IMG/VR virus record: IMGVR_UViG_3300025012_000045 | Span: 1-64,000 of that record | Strand: one strand, 5' to 3' | Length of the DNA stretch: 64,000 bases | Origin: a virus | In this document: one piece after another, positions 18,506 to 29,471 of the stretch | How the letters are laid out: every line of letters begins with the position of its first letter | Position numbering within the stretch: the stretch's first letter is position 1 | Translations under genes and position numbers: made by a program | The notes under the pieces: model-generated | What the model was told of the DNA's origin: nothing | What the model saw: the letters and a program-made list of their open reading frames with translations, nothing else | Databases searched by the model: none

Positions 18506-19342
18506 TTATATATTTTCTTTTACTATTTTTATTGCATTTGGTGGAACATTAACTAAAATATAATATCCCATATTTTTATAATTTGGATCATCAAATACTC
18601 TCAAATGTTTTATTTGTTTTGGATCTATCTCCAATAAAGTATATTTCTGATCCTTTTTTCCTTTTAGCCCTGCCTGTTTTTTAAATATATCAACTAATGA
18701 TAATGTTTCATTATAATCTATCCCAAAATATATTCTTTCTGGATGTTTTGATAATTTTGATTCTGCTCTTGGTGTTAATCCTATTTTTTTAATTTTGTGT
18801 AAAACATCTTGTCTTGTAATATGATACAATTTATCTGATATTTTATCTTTATCCAATTCAACATCAAATTTTGCTTCAATAGTGACATCAAATTGTTCCA
18901 GAAAATCATATTTTTTTATTAATTCAAATAAAAATTCTTCATTATATGATACTTTTTTTAAATTTAATTTTCTTTTTTCTTTATAATCTATTACAGTTAG
19001 AAAATATCCAAGATTATTTATATAAGCTAATATATGTTTTGCATCTTCTATATCATTTCTTAACGGTAAAAAACTAACAATTAGTGTTCCATCTGGATGA
19101 GTTTCTATTTTTGGTTGGGTTGTAACTGGACCTATTTTTAATCTGGTACTAAATATATTTTTACCATATCCTACTGTTAAAAACATTCTTTCTAATAAAT
19201 TTTTTGCTAATTTTGGTGATTGAGTTTTTATTAGTCCTTCATAAATAACAAAATAATCATCTTCATAATAATCCCCACTATTATAATTAATTAAATCAAC
19301 CATTCTCTCCAGTTGTTCATATAAATTTTTAAAATTACTCAC
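18506..19342 (-). CDS. ART/Tpt1 (KptA)-like domain protein with putative packaging leader
   Basis: LYHITRQ..KIKKIGLTP, RIYF, LLEID, VPP; N-terminal LYEQLERMVDLINY. Confidence 0.6.
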   Translation of the reverse strand: MSNFKNLYEQLERMVDLINYNSGDYYEDDYFVIYEGLIKTQSPKLAKNLLERMFLTVGYGKNIFSTRLKIGPVTTQPKIETHPDGTLIVSFLPLRNDIEDAKHILAYINNLGYFLTVIDYKEKRKLNLKKVSYNEEFLFELIKKYDFLEQFDVTIEAKFDVELDKDKISDKLYHITRQDVLHKIKKIGLTPRAESKLSKHPERIYFGIDYNETLSLVDIFKKQAGLKGKKDQKYTLLEIDPKQIKHLRVFDDPNYKNMGYYILVNVPPNAIKIVKENI

Positions 19343-19344
19343 TT

Positions 19345-20415
19345 TTATAATTCCGCTTTAACTGGTTGATTTGTATTTAATATTTCTCCTGTTTCCGTAT
19401 CAACACTCAAATCTTGTTCATTGTCAAATTTTCCTACTCTCTCTTCCCAACTACTTTTCATTTTTTCTTTATATCTATCAATTTCAGATTTATCATTTTT
19501 TAAAAATCCATGTGGTGTTAAAAATACTTTTTCTTCCAAAATTGTAAATTCATCTTCATGATTTTTTTCTATTGCTATTTTAGTAACATCACCAACTTTA
19601 ACTTTTTTTCCACTTACAATACAACTAATTTTATTTAAACCAGAATCAGTAATCCCACCGCATCTGAAAATATAAGTTGATGAATATGTCATTGCCTCAC
19701 CACCTTTTGGAATAAGTTTTGGTTGCCCCATCGGAACCATAGCAGGTTTTATATATCCTTGATTTACTGCCAATATAGTATTTGTATATGGTGAATCAAC
19801 TTTTCTTGACATTCCAATTCTACTTTTCATTCCCTTACCCATAAGGGAAGAATACACTACAGCATCTTGCATATTTCCCCCCTTAAGTGATCCGTCTTCA
19901 TTTATCTGTGCATTCATTCTACCTGATATTGAACCAAAACTATCAATAACGAATACAATATCAAATGGAATTTCTCCCTTATCCTGAAGATCTAATATTT
20001 TATTTATTTCCAAAAATAAATCTTCAATATTTTTAAATCCGTCTTTATATAAGAAAAATCCATCATATATTGGTAATCCATTTTCGTCTGTATCAACAAC
20101 ATTTCCTTTATCAAATCCAATTAATTGAAGATGATTCCAATCAAATTTATTTTCTGTTATAATAAAAACTGGTAAAATACCCCGCTTTTGAGCTGCAGTG
20201 GCGCACTCAAAAAGTAGAGTTGTTTTTCCTGCCCCGCTATGTCCAATAATTTGATGAACATATCCCACAGGAATTCCTTCCATTCTCAGTGCATCTTTAA
20301 TAGCATAAGAAAAAGGAATATATTTATCATCTTTATATGCTGTTACCGTTTCAACTTTCTTTTTTAAATCAAGAATATTAAATTCTTTCTTTTTAATTGT
20401 TTTTTTTTCTAACAT
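19345..20415 (-). CDS. uvsX: RecA/UvsX-like recombinase
   Basis: GHSGAGKTT, IDSFGS, VNQ, PKGGEA. Confidence 0.85.
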   Translation of the reverse strand: MLEKKTIKKKEFNILDLKKKVETVTAYKDDKYIPFSYAIKDALRMEGIPVGYVHQIIGHSGAGKTTLLFECATAAQKRGILPVFIITENKFDWNHLQLIGFDKGNVVDTDENGLPIYDGFFLYKDGFKNIEDLFLEINKILDLQDKGEIPFDIVFVIDSFGSISGRMNAQINEDGSLKGGNMQDAVVYSSLMGKGMKSRIGMSRKVDSPYTNTILAVNQGYIKPAMVPMGQPKLIPKGGEAMTYSSTYIFRCGGITDSGLNKISCIVSGKKVKVGDVTKIAIEKNHEDEFTILEEKVFLTPHGFLKNDKSEIDRYKEKMKSSWEERVGKFDNEQDLSVDTETGEILNTNQPVKAEL

Positions 20416-20416
20416 A

Positions 20417-20572
20417 TTATTTGTTTTTTAATTTTTCTCTATTTTTTAAAAATGTTTTATATTGTTCTACGGTCAAATATTGTTTATCACCATTATCTAT
20501 TTGAATAATAACTCCATAAGGTTCTTTAAACCCATCACCTACAACCCATTGTAATACTGTGTGTTCCCACAT
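20417..20572 (-). CDS. small hypothetical protein (51 aa, not in the track)
   Basis: MWEHTVLQWVVG...KNK*; stop abuts the recA start. Confidence 0.5.
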   Translation of the reverse strand: MWEHTVLQWVVGDGFKEPYGVIIQIDNGDKQYLTVEQYKTFLKNREKLKNK

Positions 20573-20707
20573 ATTATTTTTGTATTTTTAATTAGTTAAA
20601 AAAACAGATAGGTAACATAGGCATTGAATATTCTATTTTGGATAGATTGGATATGTATATTACTAGTCTATCATCTCCAACTTCTATCTGTTGTATTATT
20701 TTTTTAA

Positions 20708-21691
20708 TTAAAATGGGAGATCGTTTGATTCCTCTTCTCCATCATCAGAACCATCAGAAACATCTGAAGTTTCAAAAACATCTTCAGTTTGTTTTTTCAA
20801 CTTTTTACTTGATTTAGTATTATCTACTTCTTTACCATTTGTTCGTGGTGAAGTAGTTTCTGTTTTTGTTTCAATAGTAATATCATTCTTAATAACAGAA
20901 TCAACAACTTTCAATGTTTTTTTACTAGCTCCACCTGGAGTTATCATTTTCTTCTGAGATTCATCCCAATAGGGTGCTTTCCCTTCAACAACTGCTTGAA
21001 GATATTCAACATCTTTTGGTTTATAAACATCTTTCCATGTTAATTTATCATTAACCAACTCTTTTAATTGTTCATCATCATCAGATAATCTTGACACATC
21101 TTCTGGCATAATTGAAGAAACTGTTGTATATACAATATTATTTGTACCTGTTGTTTCAGTAGCTGTAATTATTATATCCCTTCCATTAATAGGATCTGTT
21201 ATATCACCTTTTTTTGTAAAAACTGGTAATATCTTATCAAAAATTCCATTTTGTTTCCAATTATGTTTAAATCTCCAAAATTTAACTCCATCTTCAACTT
21301 TTTCTCTATCAATTCCTTTTACAATATAAAAAAGAGATGATTGATATGTTCTAGATAATTCAAAGTCCCCCTCTTTCCCAGTTGATTTTAATGCATCTTC
21401 TGCTTCACACAAAGGACATTTTTCTTTATCATTTTTTTGTGGACAAGATAATTTATTCCATTTACCATTTACTTTTATGTGATGAAAATATCCCTCTTTA
21501 AATGGTGAACTGTCATCATTAGTTGGAAGAATTCTAAAAATATATTCTCCAGGGTTTGCTGTATTAAAATATTTTTTTAAAAATTCTTCTCTCTGCTCAG
21601 CAGTGAATTTTTGTTTTTTTGGTTTTGGTTGATTCTTAGTATATTGGCTTTTAATTCTTTCAAGAATTTCATTTGTTTTTGTTGTACTCAT
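20708..21691 (-). CDS. single-stranded DNA-binding protein (T4 gp32-like)
   Basis: FRILP, His/Cys zinc site (CP..CPLCE), DPINGRD, acidic tail ending DLPF. Confidence 0.85.
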   Translation of the reverse strand: MSTTKTNEILERIKSQYTKNQPKPKKQKFTAEQREEFLKKYFNTANPGEYIFRILPTNDDSSPFKEGYFHHIKVNGKWNKLSCPQKNDKEKCPLCEAEDALKSTGKEGDFELSRTYQSSLFYIVKGIDREKVEDGVKFWRFKHNWKQNGIFDKILPVFTKKGDITDPINGRDIIITATETTGTNNIVYTTVSSIMPEDVSRLSDDDEQLKELVNDKLTWKDVYKPKDVEYLQAVVEGKAPYWDESQKKMITPGGASKKTLKVVDSVIKNDITIETKTETTSPRTNGKEVDNTKSSKKLKKQTEDVFETSDVSDGSDDGEEESNDLPF

Positions 21692-21818
21692 TTTTTTAAT
21701 TTTTTAATTGTTAATAATTATGGTGATTTATCACCTTGATTTAATTTTATAACACAAAGATAAATATAATGAAATGAAAAGTAAATATTAAATTAAAAAA
21801 TATTTTTTTTAAAAAACA

Positions 21819-22700
21819 CTAGTACCCCATTTTTCTTCTAGTTGCCATGGATTCTTCTTCATCTTTATCACCAGTGCTAAATAAAGAATTTTTAATTTCG
21901 TTTTGATCGTAATTTATAATGTCACTTTTATCAAGAGTCAATTTTTCTGGTTCTTTTTCAGATTCTTCATTATCATCTGCCCCCCAATAATCAGATAATG
22001 TTTGATTAAATGGGCCACTTTTAAGTGAAATCATTTCAAGTTGATCCTTATAAGATGGTGGTTTCATTTCACCAACATCAGATGATAATTTATCAACTTT
22101 TTGAGATAATTGATCAACACCCCCTAATTTAGATGTTAAATCTTGTATTGATGCCAATATTTCAGCTTGCTGTGTCATTACCTTTTTTGAATAATCTCCA
22201 ACAGATTCAATATCTTTTTCAACATCTTTAACATCACTTTTTGATGCTGTTTCTGGTTCTTTTTTCTCTTCTTCTGGTGGTGTTTCTGGCATAGGTGGGG
22301 GTGTTGTAGTATCAACAGGAGTTTCTTCACCAGGAGCACCCGGTGCAACTCCAACAGGCGGTTCTTGTTTATTGTCAATTGGAGGTAATTCTGGTACTTC
22401 GCCAGCTGATGGAGCTGCGGCTGGTTCTTTTTTTGGTGGTCTTCCAACAGGTTTTTTCCCAGCTGGTTGCTCATCAATCATATATTCATTTTCATATTGA
22501 TGATTGGCAGGATATCCTTTTTCATTTTCTTTCTCTATTTTTGAATACTCAATTTCTTGTTGATCATAGTAATTTTCTTTTATAATTTTTGGTGGATTAT
22601 TAAGATTATAATTTGAAATAAATAATATTCTTTTTATTTCTTCTTGTAATAATTTATTATTTTTATTCATTAATTTATTATTTTTTATAATAAGAGACAC
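21819..22700 (-). CDS. acidic Pro-rich protein, possible head scaffold or internal protein
   Basis: LLQEEIKRI..NY leader, Pro/Glu low-complexity linker, coiled coil. Confidence 0.5.
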   Translation of the reverse strand: MSLIIKNNKLMNKNNKLLQEEIKRILFISNYNLNNPPKIIKENYYDQQEIEYSKIEKENEKGYPANHQYENEYMIDEQPAGKKPVGRPPKKEPAAAPSAGEVPELPPIDNKQEPPVGVAPGAPGEETPVDTTTPPPMPETPPEEEKKEPETASKSDVKDVEKDIESVGDYSKKVMTQQAEILASIQDLTSKLGGVDQLSQKVDKLSSDVGEMKPPSYKDQLEMISLKSGPFNQTLSDYWGADDNEESEKEPEKLTLDKSDIINYDQNEIKNSLFSTGDKDEEESMATRRKMGY

Positions 22701-22722
22701 ATTGTTCTTTATTTAGAACAAA

Positions 22723-23061
22723 TTACTTTTTAACAATTTCTTTTGATTTTAATGGTTTTTCTTCGTTAAGTTTCTTTTTTACGGATTCATAAATTAATTC
22801 AGGATTTTTTGAACCATACTTTTTTGCCAGATTAATAACTTCTTCTTTTAAATCATTTTTAACTTCTTTAACAATTTCTTTTTTAATTATTTGTTCTGAT
22901 TTTGGTTGTTCTTCTTCCTTTATAACCATTTTTTCTTTTATTTCTTCACTATTAGCTGGAGTTTCAACAAATCCATATCCTTTAGGTTGAAAATTATAAT
23001 TAACCAGTTCTTTAAATCTATTAACTGTTTCTTTAAGTAATTGTTCTTTTATTTTTTCCAT
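22723..23061 (-). CDS. hypothetical protein with putative packaging leader
   Basis: LLKETVNRFKELVNY; several I/L-x-E sites. Confidence 0.65.
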   Translation of the reverse strand: MEKIKEQLLKETVNRFKELVNYNFQPKGYGFVETPANSEEIKEKMVIKEEEQPKSEQIIKKEIVKEVKNDLKEEVINLAKKYGSKNPELIYESVKKKLNEEKPLKSKEIVKK

Positions 23062-23091
23062 AATTTTTGTTTTTTTAAATTTATTAATTAT

Positions 23092-23289
23092 TTAGTCTGT
23101 TAACAACTGACGACCATCAGAAGTAATAAATACTTTATTTACTCTTTCTATAATTGAATCTTTATTTTTCATACGACACTCCTCCGTAGTACATTTTTCC
23201 TGGACAATTTTATTTTCCTGTTTTTCTTTTTCAGAAAGAAAATCATCAACTGTTGTATTTAATTTTTCCAGATTTTTATCTTTTTCCAT
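23092..23289 (-). CDS. conserved small phage protein
   Basis: Late motif upstream; ends DGRQLLTD. Confidence 0.65.
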   Translation of the reverse strand: MEKDKNLEKLNTTVDDFLSEKEKQENKIVQEKCTTEECRMKNKDSIIERVNKVFITSDGRQLLTD

Positions 23290-23339
23290 AATATTGTTAT
23301 TTTTTTATATAAATATCACGTAAAATAAAAAAAGACTAA

Positions 23340-23786
23340 TTATAAATTATTTTTTATGAATATACGCTTAGTGCTATTTTTTATCAATTCTCCATTTTTA
23401 AGAATTATACACATATTTCTATATTTGGACCAATCTATGCTAACCGATTTATAATCAATATTTCCTTCATTTAAACCAGATTCTTTTTCAATTAATTTAT
23501 TTAAAGAGTTAATAGTAAAAATTACATTATTTTGTTTATCTTTTTGAATTGGTATCGTCCCAGGATATATTGAATTAAAATTTATTTTATTATTAACATC
23601 ATATTCAAATATATAAGTAATTAAATATTGTTGTTTATTGGTAAGATTTTTTATAATAAATATTTTTTCTTTGGGGATAGAATATTCCTGATTTAACTTA
23701 TCAATAAAATCATTAATTTTTTCTTTATAATCATCTTCTTCTTTTATGTCTAAAAAAGAACATAATAGTAATTTTTTATCTTGCAC
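23340..23786 (-). CDS. conserved phage hypothetical protein
   Basis: 148-aa ORF. Confidence 0.65.
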   Translation of the reverse strand: MQDKKLLLCSFLDIKEEDDYKEKINDFIDKLNQEYSIPKEKIFIIKNLTNKQQYLITYIFEYDVNNKINFNSIYPGTIPIQKDKQNNVIFTINSLNKLIEKESGLNEGNIDYKSVSIDWSKYRNMCIILKNGELIKNSTKRIFIKNNL

Positions 23787-23802
23787 TGCTAAACATTAAA
23801 TT

Positions 23803-24438
23803 TTATTTTGAAAAGTTATCCATCAAATATGGTAGGTATATATAATAATTATCTATTTTTTTAAAAACCTTTTCTATATTTTTATTAATTTCAGTTATAA
23901 ATAGTTGAGAATTATTTTTTATCTCATTTATTAATAAATATCTATCCCAACCTAAAAAATCAATCACATTTAGATTAATTGAAAAAATTTTATTATTTTT
24001 TTCAGTTTTACTATTTACTTTTGAAAAATATATCGTATTGTTGCTTGCAACATAGCAATTTATTTTTTTATCTTCTTTTTTAAATATATAATATAATAAT
24101 TGATCTAGAGAATTAAGCTTAATAATTAAAGGATCAATATGTTCAAATTTTATATTTTTTATAAAATCTTCTGGTAATTGATTTATAAATTTTTCAACAT
24201 CTTCATTATAATCAATTTGTTTTTCCTTTTTTGAAAATGTCCAAAATAAATTATCTTTTATTTTTTTATTTAAGATGGTAACATTTTCCTCTCCAAATAT
24301 ATTTTTAGTTAGTTTCCATCCTATTATCAGTGTTGGAAGATTATTATTTTTTTCTTCAATATTATTATAATAATTAATAATATTTTCTTTATTTATTATT
24401 TCTTGTTGGAAAATAATATTTCCAAGTTTGATATTCAT
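23803..24438 (-). CDS. hypothetical protein
   Basis: 211-aa ORF (LPTLIIGW). Confidence 0.65.
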   Translation of the reverse strand: MNIKLGNIIFQQEIINKENIINYYNNIEEKNNNLPTLIIGWKLTKNIFGEENVTILNKKIKDNLFWTFSKKEKQIDYNEDVEKFINQLPEDFIKNIKFEHIDPLIIKLNSLDQLLYYIFKKEDKKINCYVASNNTIYFSKVNSKTEKNNKIFSINLNVIDFLGWDRYLLINEIKNNSQLFITEINKNIEKVFKKIDNYYIYLPYLMDNFSK

Positions 24439-24513
24439 TATTTTTTGCTGGGTTTTTAATTAAAAAACTTATAATAATTATAAATATAAACTATTATTAT
24501 TAAAAGTAAATAA

Positions 24514-27500
24514 TTAAGCATTATTATAATCTATACCATCACCAATTCCATCATCACCAGTACCACTATCTATTATTTGTTGATTAAATTTATCCTTTGA
24601 AGTAGGTTTACTATCAAATGGAAAACTATATAATAATGCTAATTCTTTTTGTTTTGTTGGTACTTTTATTCCTAATTTTTTTATTTTATCTTTGTTATTA
24701 TTGCTAAAAAATTGTTCCATTTTATTGTCTTTAATTTCAAAATGATGTATTTCATCTATTCTTACTGATAATGATTCTGTTATTTTTTCTTGTCTTCCAT
24801 TTTTAAAATGTCCACCCCATTTAATTAAATCTTTATATTTTGAATCAGTAAGAACAAACTGATTTATTTTTATCATAAGATTTTTATTTTTTACTAGTTC
24901 TTTATTAGCTAATGGCCATCCCAAATCTTTGTAATTTACATCATCAGTACTAATTAATAAATCAATTGCTAATCCTGCCCCATGTTTAGAGGTTTTACTT
25001 CTACTAGGGCCACCAGCAACAACTGATTCTAAATCCCTTGTAATACCATTATTACCAAGAGTTGCAGAATTTCCTAAAAATTTTTGTAAATCTTTCATAA
25101 ATTCCAATAACTTATCTCCTGCAACACCTTTATTCATATCTATAACATAATATTTACCAACAGAACCAGATTGTACATATAATCCATTCGAATTATTAAT
25201 TTTATTAATATCAATAACACCCTTAACTGGACTTTCCCCTGTACTACTCCCTTCTCCAAAAACTGAGTCATCGCATAAATCAAATCCAATTGCTGTTGCA
25301 TAATCTGTTACAATTGGTAATCTGTTTGTTGCAATTCTAACACCCTTGAATTTTGTTATCATATGATTTGGAACAATACTATGATTTACTTGAATTATCA
25401 TATATGCGCCATGAAACATTGGTATATTTTCAAGATTAAAATATTGTGTCGGTTGAATCATTACATTTCCCAACATTTCAACTTCACATGAATAGCTTCT
25501 TTGTTCATATGTGTTAAATAAATTTTGACCTTGAAGTTGAGTTTTAGCATCAACATCGCTTGAACCTAATTGTGAAATATTATCTAATATTTTAATAGAT
25601 TCTATGGTTTCTTTAAATTCTGCCTGGTCAAGAGCAATATCTTTAAACATACTTTGATTTGGATCACCATATTTAACACTAAACGCATTAACTTGAAGAC
25701 CAGAGTTAGGGTCCTTTTGATCTTCTCTGAAATCATCTGGTAATGTCGTATCTTTAAAATTAAAACCACTATCTTTATACAAATCATCAGATTCATTTAA
25801 TTTTAAATCTAAAAAAGATGATGTACTATCAATATAGACACATAAAAACATCGGTGCTTGTTTAATATCTCCTATTATATTTGTATTAATTCCAAATATA
25901 CTTTGTATGTCCCAATTACCGGAATCAAACAACATAAAATTTTGTAATGGAAAAAATTGAAAACCATTGTTTACTAATAATAACTCTATAAGTGTTAATA
26001 AACTCATACTAGCGTTATCATTAATGTTTTCAATTTTATTAAAATTAATAATCATACTTTCATTATTATTTTCAGTTCCAGTATTAAATTTTCCAGATTC
26101 TGGCTTCACTCCAACATCTCTCATTACTCTATCAACAAATCTAAATCTGGATATCAATTTATCATCTGATAAATTTGATTTTTTTGTTCTTCTGCCAAAA
26201 GGAGCGAAATCACCAGACAACCACCTATCATATATTGATTTGAATGATAAATAAAGTGATAGTTTAGCTTTATTGTCATTTAATCTTGATAATATATCTT
26301 TTTTTGTTTTTTCAAGTTCCTCTATTTTTGTTTTAGAATTATCTTTAACGTATTGTAATGCAGATTTTATAATTAATTTAAGTAATTTTTTATCAGTATC
26401 AAATTTATTTTTGTTTAATAATAATTGGCCATTATCATCAAAAAAATATTTATTCTCTATTTCTTTCCTAGTAGTAAATGCTAGTGGAGTTCCAATAAAA
26501 ACATATCTTTGTTCATAAATATTGTCCCATATATCTGTTCCTTCTTTAATTTTCCCCCACTCTTCAAAATCATCTAATGTTAAATCTTCATTTTTTTTAT
26601 CATCTGGTTCCGTTATAAAAAATTCTGGATCTAATTCCCAAATAGAATTATTTGGATCTAATATAATTTTATTTCTAACCAGATCCTCAAAATTATTTTT
26701 AAAATCTATAAATTGGTCTCTAAACACTTTTTTTGTTATTTCTGGTAAATCCTTTAATTCATTTTCTTTTATGTTTAAATGTTTAAAAAATATATTTCTA
26801 TCAATATTAAAATCATTTAATAACGTAGAAACTGGATCATTATCTATAATTGAAATAATCCAACCCCAACCAGCACAAACAATAAACGGAATTTCCATTA
26901 TACCTGGTAAAGTTTTATATTTATCTGTAATTTTAAATGAGTTTGTATTTTTATTCAAGAATAATGTATTGGTTCTGGAGCCAGCAAAAAACTTATCCGT
27001 AATTTCTGCTCTTATTTTTTCATCAACTGTTACAGACCCGGTAGCTCTTGTGCCTAGTACAGTACCACCATAACTATAAAATAAAAATGTTTCAGCATTT
27101 TGTAAAATTTTATGTAAAAAAATAGAATAAAAATTTATTCTACCTTGTTTTAATAATTCTTTTGTATCGCTAATATTTAATTTTTTATTGACTTTATCTT
27201 CTACTGATAATATTGATGGAAGTCCAAAAGATTTAATTGATTTTTCTTTAGTAAAAAAATCACTTTCTCCTTCTTCATCTTTTCTTCTCATATCTGGGAA
27301 ATAAAATTCATTTCTCTCTGTTACTTGAATATTTCCTTTGCTAAAAAAATCAAAAATACCCTCAAGCCAATCTGAAATGTTTAATATTTTAATAAATTCA
27401 TTGGTTGGTTCTTCTGGAGTTCTATTAAGTCCATTTTTAATTTCAATTACAGATTTTGTTAATCCAGAAATTGAAAATAAATAATTACCCCCATGTCTAA

Positions 27501-29415
27501 AATTTATTTCTTGTATATTAATATCATTTAATATATCAAAAGCGGTATCATCAAAACCTAAAGTAATATCTTGATCTACTTCATCTTCTTTAAGTATTTT
27601 ATCAATATCATCTAAATTTAAACCTTTAAAATATCCTAATATTTTTTCATCTCTAATTCTATCAATAATATTTCTTCCTTCTAATTTACCATAAGATTCT
27701 ATTTGATTTTCAGTCATAAACATTTGATCTATAAATCCTTGAAATATAATAGTTCTTTTTACTAATGCCCCCAATATATCAGATATTTGTGTTACATCAT
27801 AATCTGTTGATATCGTTAAATCTTCAAATGGTCCCAGAGGAAACCATATTTGTTTTCCCGCCTCATCTTTAGATTCATCAATAAATGTTTGAGTCAAATC
27901 CAGTTGTGCAATATCAATTGAAGATTCAATAAATGTTTCAACAAAATCTATTTCTGGCATCTCATCTCTTGAAAATAACTCACCCGGATAAACTTTAGTA
28001 GTTTTATTTCCAGTACTTTTTATTACTTCTGGCCATGCAAATCTTATATTACTTTTATCTGATATTTTAGTATCTTTTGCATTTCTTTCAAGCTTTGGAT
28101 TTTTTAATAATTTACCCTCGTCATTTTGTGCTCTTTCTGAATATTGTATTAATAAATCAATAAAAATATCAGTATTATCACAAATTATTTTAAAAATATT
28201 ATATATTGAAGGTAAAAATCCAAGAGTTTTTCCTAATTTTCCTTTTATTTCATTTTGAACATTTCTACATTTTTTATTTCTTAAATTCCTATATTTAGTT
28301 AATTCTCCCATAATAGAATTAATTCTTTTTTTAACATTTATAAATGCAATCCAATATGAAGATTTTCTTTCTGACAATTCGAGAAGAGTCCCAGACTTAG
28401 CATTAATAGTTATATTTTTAGATATATCTTCTCCAATTATAAAACTCAATTCTTTTTTAAGTTTAGAACCAAATTCTGGAATATTTTTAGTTTCACCAGT
28501 CGATAAAAAATCTGTTGTTAATTTATATATACCAGAGGAATCATCAAACCCTACATCAGTTATTGTTATTTTAGTTTTTTCAATATTAAAACTTTGTTCT
28601 TCAAATAAATTTTTTAAATTTTTTAATGTATTTAATTCTCTATTCAATTTATCTATTTTATCTTTATGTTCAATAAGACTTTTATAATCGGGGCTTTCTT
28701 GTTTTATTTTTTGTACTTCTTTATTTAATGATTTTGAAGCAATAATTAACTCGTAAATAGTATCTATATTATTACTATCCTGGGGATTAGGAACATCTTT
28801 TATTGTTTTAGATCTCCTTGCCATAAAGGGGGCAGCCTTAATATACGCAACAGGAATATCAGCAAGTGGTGCAAATGTAACAGCAATAAATTCAGCAGTT
28901 ATTTCAAAATTACCTGATTTACTATTGAATTTTGTATTTTGTTTTAATAAATGTAATAAATAAGTTAAACTTTTCCCAAAATAACCTTTAATGGTTAATT
29001 CAAATTCTGGTGGTGGGAATTGAAATAATACTGCATATTTTGAATTTGCTCCAACATTAAATAAACTTGACCCTCTTATATCAACAAAACTAATTGTTAC
29101 TTTTGGTATATAACTTGTATTAACATCAATATTTATACTTGTAATTCCAAAACCCTCTGGTTCATTACCTGATGTATGTGGGCCACTTATTTCTGACCAG
29201 TTCGTTGTAAATGCTTTTGTTTTTTCATCAAAACCTAAAAAATTAACTTCAACCCCTTCAACCCCTTTTCTACTTTCTATTGTAAGACCACCACCTTCTT
29301 TATCTTCAATAATACTTCTTCCTCTTGTTTTAACTCTAAGATTTACATAAATATTGGTTTCTTCCATCTTAGGAATACCACCATCAAATGCTTTTAATGG
29401 ATCAATTAATGCCAT
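24514..29415 (-). CDS. baseplate hub-like protein with C-terminal M15-family peptidoglycan peptidase
   Basis: Hub-like EVEMLGNVMIQP..GAYMIIQVNHSI; SKHGAGLAIDL, KWGGHF, EIHHFE zinc peptidase motifs. Confidence 0.7.
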   Translation of the reverse strand: MALIDPLKAFDGGIPKMEETNIYVNLRVKTRGRSIIEDKEGGGLTIESRKGVEGVEVNFLGFDEKTKAFTTNWSEISGPHTSGNEPEGFGITSINIDVNTSYIPKVTISFVDIRGSSLFNVGANSKYAVLFQFPPPEFELTIKGYFGKSLTYLLHLLKQNTKFNSKSGNFEITAEFIAVTFAPLADIPVAYIKAAPFMARRSKTIKDVPNPQDSNNIDTIYELIIASKSLNKEVQKIKQESPDYKSLIEHKDKIDKLNRELNTLKNLKNLFEEQSFNIEKTKITITDVGFDDSSGIYKLTTDFLSTGETKNIPEFGSKLKKELSFIIGEDISKNITINAKSGTLLELSERKSSYWIAFINVKKRINSIMGELTKYRNLRNKKCRNVQNEIKGKLGKTLGFLPSIYNIFKIICDNTDIFIDLLIQYSERAQNDEGKLLKNPKLERNAKDTKISDKSNIRFAWPEVIKSTGNKTTKVYPGELFSRDEMPEIDFVETFIESSIDIAQLDLTQTFIDESKDEAGKQIWFPLGPFEDLTISTDYDVTQISDILGALVKRTIIFQGFIDQMFMTENQIESYGKLEGRNIIDRIRDEKILGYFKGLNLDDIDKILKEDEVDQDITLGFDDTAFDILNDINIQEINFRHGGNYLFSISGLTKSVIEIKNGLNRTPEEPTNEFIKILNISDWLEGIFDFFSKGNIQVTERNEFYFPDMRRKDEEGESDFFTKEKSIKSFGLPSILSVEDKVNKKLNISDTKELLKQGRINFYSIFLHKILQNAETFLFYSYGGTVLGTRATGSVTVDEKIRAEITDKFFAGSRTNTLFLNKNTNSFKITDKYKTLPGIMEIPFIVCAGWGWIISIIDNDPVSTLLNDFNIDRNIFFKHLNIKENELKDLPEITKKVFRDQFIDFKNNFEDLVRNKIILDPNNSIWELDPEFFITEPDDKKNEDLTLDDFEEWGKIKEGTDIWDNIYEQRYVFIGTPLAFTTRKEIENKYFFDDNGQLLLNKNKFDTDKKLLKLIIKSALQYVKDNSKTKIEELEKTKKDILSRLNDNKAKLSLYLSFKSIYDRWLSGDFAPFGRRTKKSNLSDDKLISRFRFVDRVMRDVGVKPESGKFNTGTENNNESMIINFNKIENINDNASMSLLTLIELLLVNNGFQFFPLQNFMLFDSGNWDIQSIFGINTNIIGDIKQAPMFLCVYIDSTSSFLDLKLNESDDLYKDSGFNFKDTTLPDDFREDQKDPNSGLQVNAFSVKYGDPNQSMFKDIALDQAEFKETIESIKILDNISQLGSSDVDAKTQLQGQNLFNTYEQRSYSCEVEMLGNVMIQPTQYFNLENIPMFHGAYMIIQVNHSIVPNHMITKFKGVRIATNRLPIVTDYATAIGFDLCDDSVFGEGSSTGESPVKGVIDINKINNSNGLYVQSGSVGKYYVIDMNKGVAGDKLLEFMKDLQKFLGNSATLGNNGITRDLESVVAGGPSRSKTSKHGAGLAIDLLISTDDVNYKDLGWPLANKELVKNKNLMIKINQFVLTDSKYKDLIKWGGHFKNGRQEKITESLSVRIDEIHHFEIKDNKMEQFFSNNNKDKIKKLGIKVPTKQKELALLYSFPFDSKPTSKDKFNQQIIDSGTGDDGIGDGIDYNNA

Positions 29416-29471
29416 TGAAAATATATTTTTTTATATAAATATTTGAGAATGATTTTTAATAAAAAACAATA

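Noticed and set aside
25967-27073. Plus-strand ORFs inside the hub gene (and similar antisense ORFs in nrdJ, helicase and tape measure)
   Set aside because: Antisense shadows of AT-rich coding sequence, Ser/Phe/Ile-biased, with no motifs
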